DNA of 64,000 nucleotides from Malacoraja senta (Eukaryota): contig CM075995.1 in the NCBI GenBank assembly GCA_038087875.1, positions 10,232,001 through 10,296,000 on the forward strand. The letters are read 5' to 3'. A program made the position numbers and the translations under genes. The notes beneath the pieces are model-generated. The model was not told where the DNA came from. It worked only from the letters and a program-made list of their open reading frames with translations, and searched no databases. Of the stretch, positions 12,781 to 26,100 are shown piece after piece; the stretch's first letter is position 1, and every line of letters begins with the position of its first letter.

Positions 12781-13419
12781 TATACACAATAAACAAACAT
12801 GTTATTGTTCAGCCCTCCACCACCTCCAGTTTAAATTCCATTTAGAATATTTATGGAGGACCAGGAAACCAGAAGCAATAGTTACTCCAGGGAGTTACTC
12901 CAGATCCAGGATCAGGGAGTGATTCTGCGTTGGTTTTCAGCGGTCGTGGCGAGTCGGCGACCGGACAGCAATGGCGGCCAGATCTCCCACAATTCAAAGC
13001 AAGGGAGAAAGTGCCCTGCGCCGACCAGTTGCCGTGGCAGTGCGCATGCGCAGGGCGGCCAATGATGTGCTGGCCGTGGTTGTGCGCATGTGAAGGAGGA
13101 GGATGTGCTGGCCGTAACAGTGTGCATGTGCAAGGCGGCCTGCCGTGCCTGCGGATGAGGAGCGAGCAGAGAGCGGAGACCCAGACTTGGATACGGATGG
13201 CGGGCGGAGACGGAGAGTGGCAGAGAGAGAGAGAGATAGAGAGGGGGGCCCGCCCAGAGTTGAACGGCAGGTGTCCTGCCTTGGCCGGAGGCCGCCTAGA
13301 TTTCGAGGCCTTAGGCTTCAGCCTATGAAGCCAAGTGGTAAATCCGACTCTGCGAGGCCCCCCTAGATCTCGAGGCCCTAAGCTTAAGCTTGTCAAGCTT
13401 ATACGTAAATCCGGCCCTG

Positions 13420-15935
13420 GGGACAGGGGAGGTGGGGACAGAGGGAGGTGGGGACAGAGGGAGGTGGGGACAGAGGGAGGTGGGGACAGAGGGAGGTGGG
13501 GACAGAGGGAGGTGGGGACAGAGGGAACAGGGGGCAGAGGGAACAGGGGGCAGAGGGAACAGGGGGCAGAGGGAACAGGGGGCAGAGGGAACAGGGGACA
13601 GAGGGAACAGGGGACAGAGGGAACAGGGGACAGAGGGAACAGAGGGAACTGGGGACAGAGGGAACAGGGGACCGAGGGAACAGGGGGACCGAGGGAACAG
13701 GGGGACCGAGGGAACAGGGGGACCGAGGGAACAGGGGGACAGAGGGAACAGGGGGACAGAGGGAACAGGGGGACAGAGGGAACAGGGGGACAGAGGGAAC
13801 AGGGGGACAGAGGGAACAGGGGGACAGAGGGAACAGGGGGACAGAGGGAACAGGGGGACAGAGGGAACGGGGGGGACAGAGGGAACGGGGGGGACAGAGG
13901 GAACGGGGGGGACAGAGGGAACGGGGGGGACAGAGGGAACGGGGGGGACAGAGGGAACGGGTGGGACAGAGGGAACGGGGGGGACAGAGGGAACGGGGGG
14001 GACAGAGGGAACGGGGGGGACAGAGGGAACGGGGGGGACAGAGGGAACGGGGGGGACAGAGGGAACGGGGGGGACAGAGGGAACGGGGGGGACAGAGGGA
14101 ACGGGGGGGACAGAGGGAACGGGGGGGACAGAGGGAACGGGGGGGACAGAGGGAACGGGGGGGACAGAGGGAACGGGGGGGGACAGAGGGAACGGGGGGG
14201 ACAGAGGGAACGGGGGGGACAGAGGGAACGGGGGGGACAGAGGGAACGGGGGGGACAGAGGGAACGGGGGGGACAGAGGGAACGGGGGGGACAGAGGGAA
14301 CGGGGGGGACAGAGGGAACGGGGGGGACAGAGGGAACGGGGGGGCAGAGGGAACGGGGGGGCAGAGGGAACGGGGGGCAGAGGGAACGGGGGGAGCAGAG
14401 GGAGGGGGAGCAGAGGGAGGGGGAGCAGAGGGAGGGGGAGCAGAGGGAGGGGGGGCAGAGGGAGGGGGGGCAGAGGGAGGGGGGGCAGAGGGAGGGGGGG
14501 CAGAGGGAGGGGGGGCAGAGGGAGGGGGGCAGAGGGAGGGGGGCAGAGGGAGGGGGGGCAGAGGGAGGGGGGGCAGAGGGAGGGGGGGCAGAGGGAGGGG
14601 GGGCAGAGGGAGGGGGGGCAGAGGGAGGGGGGGCAGAGGGAGGGGGGGCAGAGGGAGGGGGGGCAGAGGGAGGGGGGACAGAGGGAGGGGGGACAGAGGG
14701 AGGGGGGACAGAGGGAGGGGGGACAGAGGGAGTGGGGACAGAGGGGGTGGGGACAGAGGGGGTGGGGACAGGGGCAGTGGCAGGGGTCGGTGGGGCCGTG
14801 GGGACAGGGGCAGTGGGGACAGGGGCATTGGGGACAGGGGCAGTGGGGACAGGGGCAGTGGGGACAGGGGCAGTGGGGACAGGGGCAGTGGCAGGGGTCG
14901 GTGGGGCAGTGGGGACAGAGGGAGTGGGGACAGAGGGAGTGGGGACAGAGGGAGTGGGGACAGAGGGAGTGGGGACAGAGGGAGTGGGGACAGAGGGAGT
15001 GGGGACAGAGGGAGTGGGGACAGAGGGAGTGGGGACAGAGGGAGTGGGGACAGAGGGAGTGGGGACAGAGGGAGTGGGGACAGAGGGAGTGGGGACAGAG
15101 GGGGTGGGGACAGAGGGGGTGGGGACAGAGGGGGTGGGGACAGAGGGGGTGGGGACAGAGGGGGTGGGGACAGAGGGGGTGGGGACAGAGGGGGTGGGGA
15201 CAGAGGGGGTGGGGACAGGGGCGGTGGGGACAGGGGCGGTGGGGACAGGGGCAGTGGCAGGGGTCGGTGGGGCGGTGGGGACAGGGGCGGTGGGGACCGG
15301 GGCGGTGGGGACCGGGGCGGTGGGGACCGGGGCGGTGGGGACCGGGGCGGTGGGGACCGGGGCGGTGGGGACCGGGGCGGTGGGGACCGGGGCGGTGGGG
15401 ACCGGGGCGGTGGGGACAGGGGCGGTGGGGACAGGGGCGGTGGGGACCGGGGCGGTGGGGACCGGGGCGGTGGGGACCGGGGCGGTGGGGACCGGGGCGG
15501 TGGGGACCGGGGCGGTGGGGACCGGGGCGGTGGGGACCGGGGCGGTGGGGACCGGGGCGGTGGGGACCGGGGCGGTGGGGACCGGGGCGGTGGGGACCGG
15601 GGCGGTGGGGACCGGGGCGGTGGGGACAGGGGCGGTGGGGACAGGGGCGGTGGGGACAGGGGCGGTGGGGACAGGGTCGGTGGGGACAGGGGCGGTGGGG
15701 ACAGGGGCGGTGGGGACAGGGGCGGTGGGGACAGGGGCGGTGGGGACAGGGGCGGTGGGGACAGGGGCGGTGGGGACAGGGGCGGTGGGGACAGGGGCGG
15801 TGGGGACAGGGGCGGTGGGGACAGGGGCGGTGGGGACAGGGGCGGTGGGGACAGGGGCGGTGGGGACAGGGGCAGTGGCAGGGGTCGGTGGGGACAGGGA
15901 AGTGGGGCAGTGGGGACAGGGTAGTGGGGACAGGG
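13420..15935. repeat. G-rich minisatellite with progressively changing 15-18-bp units
   Basis: GGGGACAGAGGGAGGT -> GGGGGACAGAGGGAACA -> GGGGGGGACAGAGGGAAC -> GGGGGGGCAGAGGGA -> GGGGACAGAGGGAGT -> GGGGAC(A/C)GGGGCGGT. Confidence 0.95.
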
Positions 15936-16339
15936 GAGTGTTCTGAGCATCCTTACACATGCCACAGGAAGGACGGTGGGCAGAGACACAGCACACTGGT
16001 GCCCAGAAGCCACTGGCATAGAAACGGCAAGCTTGTAGACAGCGGAGTGAAACTACTAACAAAGGGCTGGCATTGACTCAATAGGCTGAAAGGCCTGTTC
16101 TCAGTCACATAGTGAGGACATGTGCCCTCAGCCGAACTCATCCACGTCGACCAAGTTGCTCCATCTAAACCCACCAACTAGTTATCACCGAGCCCACAGA
16201 CAACAATGGACATTGTGGGCTCCACCTTTCCTTGAACATCATTTTTTCATAAGCCTTTAATTCATTTGTTCTATATCTTTCCATATCACCATCTATATCT
16301 CTCATTTCCCTTTCCCCCCCATCTCTGTCTGACGTAGGG

Positions 16340-16539
16340 NNNNNNNNNNNNNNNNNNNNNNNNNNNNNNNNNNNNNNNNNNNNNNNNNNNNNNNNNNNNN
16401 NNNNNNNNNNNNNNNNNNNNNNNNNNNNNNNNNNNNNNNNNNNNNNNNNNNNNNNNNNNNNNNNNNNNNNNNNNNNNNNNNNNNNNNNNNNNNNNNNNNN
16501 NNNNNNNNNNNNNNNNNNNNNNNNNNNNNNNNNNNNNNN
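16340..16539. other. Assembly gap (200 N)
   Basis: Run of N; round length suggests a placeholder of unknown true size. Confidence 0.99.
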
Positions 16540-17530
16540 CACAAAGTTGACCGCATTGAATCCTGAGGGGCCCCACTCGCTCTCTGGTTGCCCTTTTCCC
16601 CATTACCTATTTATAAAATATCTTTGGATTTTCCAGAATGCTCTCTGCCTGAGATATCTCCTGGCCCCTTGTTGCCCTTCTAGTTTCCTGGTTCCCGAAA
16701 GTCCTCCAGGGATGCACTTGATCCCAGTTGCCTCTACCTGTCTCATTCGGCCTTTCGTTTTCTTAACTAATGCCCCAATATCTCCCGTTAGCCAAGCTTT
16801 CTCACGTTTGCCTCTTTTCCACTCAAACAATCTGCTCCAATTAACTTAAGCGCGACGTTTTCTCATAGCCTTACCCCAATTCAGCTTTTTAACGCGTGGG
16901 TCCTCTCTGTCATCCATAACTATTTTAAACATAATCAAACATTGGTAACTCGTCCTAAAAGGCTCCCCCACAAACACTTCATTAACTTACTCCTCCCAAT
17001 TTCACAAGATTAGATCAAATGTTGCCTTCTCACGTATTGCTGGAGAATCTCTTCTAAACACCCTTGAGAAATTGCACTCCATCTGAACTTTACACACTAT
17101 AGTTTTCCCAGTCTATATTGGGAAAATTAAAACTACTATAACAACCTTATTTGACCTGCAGCTGTCTGCAATCTCCTGGCATAATTGTTCTTCTAATTCC
17201 GGTTGATTATTCTAGGGTTCATAGTACACCAACAAGGTGATCCTCCCTTTCTTGTTCCTCAGCTCCACCCATATGTACGACCCGTCCGTAATGTAACCTC
17301 TAATGCCGTGACATCCTCTTTCACCAATAACACATGCCCCCCTATTTCACCATCACCCTGTCTCTCCTGAAGCACCTGTATCACGGCACATTGAGGTACC
17401 AGTCCTGCCCGTCTCTTAAACAGTGTTCGCTAATGGCTGCAACCATTTAGTCGCACATTCCTATCCATTCCCTAAGCTCATCTGCTTTACTCGTCAGGCC
17501 CCTTGCATAAAAATACGTACAGTTTAAACC
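16540..17530 (-). mobile_element. Highly degenerate CR1 ORF2 5' fragment
   Basis: Remnants such as KAWLT.DI..LVKK and RERVGPL..Q.G.LC. Confidence 0.6.
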
Positions 17531-18057
17531 AACCTCCCCTCCTTCCTCTCCGTATTCTGTACTCACAGTGGAACTTTGTGGGCTCCATCTTTCATTGGTC
17601 ATCGGTGCTGGCGCTGATTTGTTCTGACTCTTCTCACATGAAGAGTTTTCCTCCCCCCGCCTTTCAGTCTGAAGAAGGGATTCGACCGAAATGTCACATA
17701 TTCCTTTTCTCCAGAGATGGTGCTGGGTCCGCCGAGTTACTTCAACGTTTTATCTCTATCTTCGGTCTAACCCAACATCCTTCCTACACGACCCGTCTTT
17801 CCCTATCTGGTCTGGGTATCTACGCCACCCTCCCACAACAAAGTGCGGGCTTCTGTTCCACTCCGACGTAGCCCCAGAGCTATCAAAATCACATCATACG
17901 ATGCCAGCATGTCACCGAGTCCTCGATGGCGACCAAGAACACTACAGCGGGCCAGGATCCAGATATGCAATTAACTGCTCTGTGGTGGCCCCTGCTCCAA
18001 ATGATTGCAGATTTACACACGCTGACTGCCAGCCTGAGACTGTTTATTCTGTTTCAG

Positions 18058-18227
18058 TTGTGGAATCGTCAGCTCTATTTCGAAAACCGGAACAGTTACG
18101 GTTCGCTGTGATACTTTTGCGGGTAGATATGTGAACATCGTCATTCCAGGAAAAAATAAAAAACTAACTCTCTGCGAGGTGGAGGTGTTTGGCTGGAGCC
18201 CCCCAGAGCCCCTCTGTACAACTGAAG
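18058..18227 (+). CDS. FTLD exon B0 (C-terminal half; partner A exon not found)
   Basis: ttcag|T...G|gtaggc; [56 protein letters not shown]. Confidence 0.88.
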
Positions 18228-21200
18228 GTAGGCTAATATACCTGCAGTGGTCCTCGCTGTACAGACCCTTACATACTGTGACTCAGACCGCATAGAAGCT
18301 TTCACCCCCAATAGAATGATCGAATGGGCGGAGCGGTAGAGTTGCTGCCTGACAACGCCAGAGACCCGGATTCGACCCTGACTACGGGTGGTGTCTATAC
18401 GGAGTTTGTACGTTCTCTCCGTGACCCGGCTGCTCAGGTTTCCTCCCACACTCCATAGATTTGTGGGTTAATTGACCGTTTAAAAAAAAGTAAATTGTCC
18501 CTAGTGTTCGGGTAGTGCACGTAAACTAAGGAAGTGATCGCTGGCCGGTGAGGATTCGATGGACTGAAGGGCCTATTTCTTCTGTCTCTGTCTCTCTACA
18601 GTCCTACACCATTGAAATCAGGCCCTTCTGCGCAACTCATCCATGCCGATCGAGATGTCCCGGACTAAGCATGGTCCATTTTCCCGCGTTTGAACCATAT
18701 CCCTCTCAACCTCGCCTATCCATGTAATGCGCCACTGTAAAGTTGTGGTCGGTGCAGTGCAGAAATGTTAACATAAACGCGTGCGCAGTAAGATCCTTAA
18801 AGTAAGATGCCGAGAGCCGCGTGGATGTCACGTGGGAGGCTCAGATAAGAGGCCTGATGACGCGAGGCTCGCGGGGCAGAAATTAACGCAATTCGCCGAA
18901 TGTACTGAAAGGCTCAAAGATTGTCCGAACCCCAGTTCACTCTCGGGCAGAACAAAGTGTGTTTGTGGGCGAGGGGTTGGGGGTAGTGATTTAGTGGAGG
19001 ATGACGGAGTAGACAATAGACAATAGACAATAGGTGCAGGAGTAGGCCATTCGGCCCTTTGAGCCAGCACCGCCATTCAATGTGATCATGGCTGATCATC
19101 CCCAATCAGTACCCCGTTCCTGCCTTCTCCCATAAGGATGGAGAAAGTGGGGGGGGGGGGGGGTAGTCATATAGTAGAGGATGGCGAAACAAGAGTGAGG
19201 TGTGATATAATGGAGGATGACTGAACAAGGGCGGGGGGATGGATATACTGTAGGATTTCCCAACGCGTGGAACGGTTCCTTAAATTCTGGAATCCAGTCA
19301 ATCTTTACATTAGATTCACGCATTTCCACTTATTCTGGGGGCTTACTGTCTTGATCCTGTATTTGTTAAATGCTTTGTTGAAGTCTACATGGATAACCCA
19401 AATGATCACCCTTGAAAACATCCATACTTAGCCAGACACGAACTTCCGTTTCCACTATCTCGCTCTCTGTGATTCGACCACTTCTGCTCACAGCAGGCGG
19501 TTAGTGGCGTCACTCTCTGTACTCCCCACGAATACATGTGCACACAGCCGATATAGTCAGGACTGCGTCGTAACCAGCAATTGTGCAGAGCAACGAGACA
19601 CAAAGAAGAAGCCAGGACCATTCCCAGCACTGCTCGCAGCCCCAGCCCGGTGCCCAGTTCCACCGGCAGGCCCGGATAAGGAAATACTTTTCTCATTTAT
19701 TTCTTTGTTTGCTGCCGAGTGAATAACTTTCCTCCGCAATAGTAAACCAGGCTCTGGGAGGAATGGCGACACAGTCCAGCACGGCCCAGGAAAACATTGC
19801 TGAGCTAGCCATTGACGGCGATAACAATGAGGACGCGAGGATGGGTTCCTGTACGGAAACCAAAAAGTCACTAAACCCCTGGTGGAGGGTCGATTTAAAG
19901 GAAACGTTCGTCGTGTCGTCAATCAGAATCGCCAACAGAGGAGACTGTTGCTCGGAACAGCTTCAAGGGGCCGAGATCCGCATCGGGAATTCATTGGAAA
20001 ACAACGGGAATTCTAACAAACTGTAAGTTTTCACCTATTAACGCTGGAACTCCAAGGCGGTTTCGAGCGAGAAAGTAAATAAATACAGTAGACGTTGTAA
20101 ATCTATAATATGAACCAAATACTGAGCAGGTCAGGCTATTTTTTTAGAGAAGTGCACGCATGGGAAAAGGGAAGACGTTAATCGTGTTAAAATGAACTAT
20201 TGCATGTACAGGGAGGATAGATGTAGGGGGGGGGGGTCCGCCTGCTGGGGTAAAGTCCAAGTGACCCCGGGAATAAAGTGTAAACAAGGTTACCTGGTCA
20301 ACATGTGAATTGCTCACCTTGACAATGTCCCCTCTTTCAGGTGTGGGGTCGTACAAATAGCTTCAAAAACAGCGACCTTTACCTTCAATTGCAACGGCTT
20401 CATCGGTCGATATGTGATCATCTTCATCCCGGGTCCTGATAAAATTCTGGCCCTGTGCGAGGTTGAGGTGTTTGGCTTCTACATGCCCATTGGAGTGGTA
20501 ACGGCTGGAGGTGGGATAGCGTCCGCGCGCGCATGCGCTGCGCGCACCGTGGCGTCTTTACTCGGTGAAAAGTTACCCAATACAGATTCAGAACATTCTG
20601 TACGACCAAACCAATTAAGACACCGATATAGTCTTGCAATGCTGCAACAAACTCTCCACACCAAACGTCAAATTTGACGTGGCGCTTCGTGTGTGGTCCT
20701 GACGTGCTTATGTTGCCAGGAATCAAGGATCTTGGTTCTGGGGAGAGGTTGGACAGGCTCGGACGTTATTTCTTTCAACGCAGGAGACTGGACGATAGAG
20801 GCGTATAAAACCATGGTGATAGGGTGAATTCACAGAGTCTTTTCCCAAGGGTAGGGGAACTAGGGGGCATAGGTTTAAGGTGAAAATGGAAAGATGTAAC
20901 AGTAATATAAGGGGCGACGTTTTCACACAGAGCGTGGTGGATGTACGGAACGAGCTGTCAAATCTAATGGTTGAGGCAGGAGAATAGCACAGTTTGAAAG
21001 ACATTTGGAAAGGTACACGAATAGGAAAGGTTTAGAGGAATGTCGGCCAAATGGGATGAAAGTGGACTAGTTGGTTCAAGATCCTGCTACGGTGCGGTAT
21101 GAACGGGTATGATTGTAATGTAGAGGTAACGGCCAGAACCCGCGGTCCGATCGTCGAGAAGGAAGAGGCCAGGTGCAACCAGATACAACACATGTCTCCG

Positions 21201-23092
21201 CCATAAACTGACGACAGAGGCGGGCGCGAGGGCAGGAGCATGGGTTGGGCAAAGATGGAGAATCCGCTCCTCAGCCCAGCACTAGCGCGTCCATAATATG
21301 ACCCCAGTGATACTTACCTACTGCTGCCCATTCAACATACTGGACAACGAAAAGAAGGCAGAAGGCAGACTACCATTGCATTTACTCATTTTGATTTTTC
21401 TACCCAACAGAAAACGTGGCGCTCGGAGCATCAGCTATCCAGTCCAGCACGGCAGAAAAGGCAGGCGCTGGGCGAGCCAATGACGGGAACAGCAACAGCC
21501 ACTGGACTCATAGCTCCTGCACACTCACCAACAGAACCCATGACCCTTGGTGGAGAGTAGATTTAAATGAAATCTACGCAATATCGATGGTATCTATCAC
21601 GAACAGAAAAGACTGCTGCTCAGATCGGCTCATCGGTGCCGAGATCCGCATTGGAAACTCGCTTGAGGACAACGGCAATTCCAACAGAGTGTAATTATTA
21701 AGCAGCAGATGGTGCCTTATTTTTTTAAATTAATATCATATAAGAAGCCTTGGAATTTTCTTCAATCTAACCTGCCAATTACATTCCATGGCCCTTCCTG
21801 GCCCCTGTAATTCAATGCTTGGAATATTTCCTACTGTCCCTGAAAGGTCATGTCTGCGTTCATCTTCTTAAACTTTAGATACGCCTTTTCGTTTTGAGCA
21901 AATTTACAACTCAATCTAAGGTTTCATTATCTTGCCCTCCACGACCATACTCTTTTCTGGAATATTTCGGTCCGGAACGCTGATAGGCTGGTCGTTAAAT
22001 AGCCCCCACATGTCACAAGTAGACTAACCGAATATCAACTGCTCCCACTTTGCTCTCTCTGGTTCCCGCCTAACAATGTTGTAATTAGCCCTCCCAATTC
22101 GGTACTTTTACCCAATATCCAGGTTGACACATTCATAAATTTCTCAATAGTTAAGAAGTCATGATCACAGTTACCAAAGGCTCTCTTACTAAAACACCAG
22201 TCACCAGACGTTACCGAATACGTGGTGAGACCACCTTCCAAAGCCCCAATCAATGATGATCTCATCTCAGCGTCATTCCGAGTGCATCCAATCTTACCTC
22301 CAGGCAGTCACTAGCTGTAGCTGGGCATAATTCCCTCAACTATTGTCACCGGGGTCGTGGGAAGTTTTCTTGAACTTCCACAACCCGTGGAATAGCATAT
22401 CACTATTAGCATAATACGCCGACTAAGCCAAATCCTTACCCACGTCGAAGCCTCATAAACCATAGCGTCAGAACGCACCTACCAAGCCCTGCACATGGAA
22501 GTCGCTCGGCCACTGTCGCAGCCACTTCCAATGGTCACTCCTCTGGAGCCCAGTGTCTCAGAAAGGTTTTCTCCATCTTCCGCGTTCTATGAGTATCAGT
22601 CGAAACCGAAACGTCACCCATTCCTTCTCTCCAGAGATGCTGCCTGTCCCGCTGAGTTACTCCAGCTTTTTGTGTCTATCTCCGTTTGAATGAGTCTGCT
22701 GTCGAGCTCATTAGCCCCCAACACCTTCTCCACTATAAAAGCAGACTCAAATAGCTGCACGCGAGAGCGGTCGCGCCTATAGTTAATGCGAACTACTCTC
22801 TCCCTAGTTACGATTTTGAGACCACATCCCAAATCTTTCTGTACACCGCCAAACCTCAGGTCTCTTTGTTACTCTCCAGATTTCATTCCGAAGGTCCATT
22901 TATCATATTTTGTACACTTCAATAGCAGACTTCTGTTTGTAGTTCTAGAATTCCTCGAGTGGTTTACTGCACCTTTATAGGGAGAACGCGGATTAACCAT
23001 ATAACCATATAACCATTACAGCACGGAAACAGGCGATCTCGGCCCTTCAAGTCCGTGCCGAACACTTTTTTTTTAAATTTTATTTTTAAAAA

Positions 23093-23141
<49 letters not shown>

Positions 23142-26100
23142 TTTTTTTTACTTCCCCCTAGTCCCATCTACCTGCACTCAGACCATAACCCTCCATTCCA
23201 CTCCCGTCCATATACCCATCCAATCTATTTTTAAAGGATAACATCGAACCTGCGTCCACCACTTGCACTGGAAGCTCATTCCACACAGTTACCACTCTCT
23301 GAGTAAAGAATTTCCCCCTAATGTTACCCCTAAACTTCTGTCCCTTAATTCTCAAGTCATGTTCCCTTGTTTGAATCTTCCCTACTCTCAATGGGAAAAG
23401 CTTATCCACGTCAACTCTGTCTAACCCGGTCATCAAGAGGGAGCAGCTGATTGGGAGTCAGATCCCAGCTGATTGTACTGAATTGTAGCAGTTTGTTTTG
23501 TATTGTAGCAGTTTGTTTTGTATTCTAGCAGTTTGTTTTGTATTCTATCCAGGGTAAGGGGAGTATGAGGGCCAGGGCAGTTTACTGTTCTGGATGTCAG
23601 ATGTGGGAAGTCATGGAGTCTGATAGCCCTCCAGACGTCCACATCTGCGCCAGGTGTATCGAGATGGGGCTCCTAATGGACCGTATTAGGAACCTGGAGC
23701 AGCAGCTCGATAACCTCCGTCTGGTCAGGGAGAGCGAGGAAGTCATTGAGAGGAGTTACAGGGATGTGGTCACTCCAACACCACAGGAGGCAGGCAAGTG
23801 GATCACGGTTGGGAGAGGCAAGGGGCACAGGCAGGGACTAGAGAGTACCCCGGTGGCTGTACACCTTGACAATAAGTACTCCTGTTTGAGCACTGTTGGG
23901 GTGGACAGCCTACCTGGGGGTAGCGACAGCGGCCGGGCCTCCGGTATAGAGACCGGTCCTGTTGCTCAGAAGGGTAAGGAAAAGAAGAGGAGGGCAATAC
24001 TAATAGGGGACTCTATAGTTAGGGGGTCAGACAGGCGATTCTGTGGACGCAGTCGGGAGACCCGGATGGTAGTTTGCCTCCCTGGTGCCAGGGTCTGTGA
24101 TGTGTCTCAACGTGTCCAAGATATCCTGAAAGGGCAGGGTGAGGAGCCCGAGGTCGTGATACATATAGGTACCAATGACATAGGTAAAAAAAGAGAAGAG
24201 GTCCTGAAAGGAGAATTTAGGGAGTTAGCAGGGGAGTTAAAGAGAAGGACAGCAAAGGTAACAATCTCGGGATTACTGTCTGTGCCACGCGACAGTGAGA
24301 GTAGGAATGGAGCGAGATGGAGGATAAATGCGTGGCTGAAGGAGTGGTGCAGAAGGCAGGGATTTAAATTTCTGGATCATTGGAACCTCTTTTGTGGAAG
24401 GTTCGGCCTGTACAAAAAGGATGGGTTGCACTTGAACCTGAGGGGGACCGATATCCTGGCGGGGAGATCTGCAAAGGCTACTGGGGAGACTTTAAACTAG
24501 AATGGTTGGGGGGAGGGACTCAAATAGAGAATGCTATTAGACAGTGTGTGAGGCAGGAGGCAGAGAAGGAAAGCACTCAGACCCAACATGTAGGGGGGGA
24601 AGAAGAAAACATTAATAAACAGAGAATAAGAGGTGGTGGGGTTCTTAAATGGGTGAGCAGAGAAACAGAGGGGTGTAAAATGCGGGCGGAAGCAATAGGT
24701 AGCAAGGGGAAAAGTAAAAGTGGCAGGCAGACAAATCCAGGGCAAAAATTAAAAAGAGCCACTTTTCAACATAATTGTATAAGGGGTAAGAGCGTTGTAA
24801 AAACAAGCCTGAAGGCTTTGTGTCTCAAATGCAAGGAGCATTCGTAATAAGGTGGATGAGTTGAACGTGCAGATAGCAATTAATGATTATGATGTAGTTG
24901 GGATCACGGAGACATGGCTCCAGGGTGACCAAGGCTGGGAGCTGAACATCCAGGGATATTCAATATTCAGGAGGGATAGAGAGAAAGGAAAAGGAGGTGG
25001 GGTAGCGTTGCTGGTTAGAGAGGAGATTAACGTAGTGGAAAGGAAGGACATTAGCTTGGAGGATGTGGAATCGGTATGGGTAGAGCTGCGAAACACTAAG
25101 GGGCAGAAAACGCTGGTGGGTGTTGTGTACAGGCCACCTAGCAGTAGTAGTGAAGTTGGGGATGGCATCAAACAGGAAATTAGAAATGCGTGCAACAAAG
25201 GCAAAACAGTTATAATGGGTGACTTCAATCTACATATAGATTGGGTGAATCAAACTGGCAGGGGTGCTGAGGAAGAGGATTTCTTGGAATGTATGAGGGA
25301 TAGTTATCTAAACCAACATGCAGAGGAACCAACGAGAGAGCAGGCCATTCTAGACTGGGTATTGAGTAATGAGGAAGGGTTAGTTAGCAGTCTTGTTGTG
25401 CGTGCCCCCTTGGGCAAGAGTGACCATAATATGGTTGAGTTCTTCATTAGGATGGAGAGTGACATTGTTAATTCAGAAACAACGGTTCTGAACTTAAAGA
25501 AAGGTAACTTTGAGGGTATGAGACGTGAATTGGCCAAGATTGACTGGCAATTAGTTCTAAAAGGGTTGACGGTGGATATGCAATGGAAGGCATTTAAAGA
25601 CTGCATGGATGAACTACAAAAATTGTTCATCCCAGTTTGGCAAAAGAATAAATCAGGGAAGGTAGTGCATCCGTGGATAACAAGGGAAATCAGGGATAGT
25701 ATCAAAGCAAAAGATGATGCGTACAAATTAGCCAGAAAAAGCAGCATACCAGAGGACTGGGAGAAATTCAGAGACCAGCAGAGGAGGACAAAGGGCTTAA
25801 TTAGGAAATGGAAAATAGATTATGAAAGGAAACTGGCAGGGAACATAAAAACTGACTGCAAACGTTTTTATAGATATGTGAAGAGAAAGAGATTAGTTAA
25901 AACAAATGTAGGTCCCTTGCAGTCGGAAACAGGTGAATTGATCATGGGGAACAAGGATATGGCGGACCAATTGAATAACTACATTGGTTCCGTCTTCACT
26001 AGGGAAGACATAAATAATCTGCCGGAAACAGCAGGGGGCCGCGGGTCAAAGGAGATGGAGGAACTGAGTGAAATCCAGGTTAGTCGGGAAGTGGTGTTGG

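Larger units (their letters stand above)
4459..13419. mobile_element. Putative non-autonomous hAT-like DNA transposon delimited by 14-bp TIRs, filled with nested insertions
   Basis: CAGGGCCGGATTTA at 4459-4472 and its reverse complement TAAATCCGGCCCTG at 13406-13419; shared subterminal GAGGCCCTAAGCT; flanks GGACAGAG (4451-4458) and G-GGACAGGG (13420-13428) form an imperfect 8-bp TSD; no transposase seen. Confidence 0.6.

Noticed and set aside
12851..13396. GC-rich ORFs near 13 kb as a host gene or lectin leader
   Set aside because: No recognisable domain or signal peptide; lies inside the TIR element's subterminal region
13323..16076. 830-910-aa extensin/collagen/RGG-like ORFs
   Set aside because: Stop-free in most frames because of the G-rich minisatellite; no splice or domain evidence
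23538..24500. Host SGNH esterase gene
   Set aside because: It is ORF1 of a CR1 element bounded by a TSD and followed by ORF2
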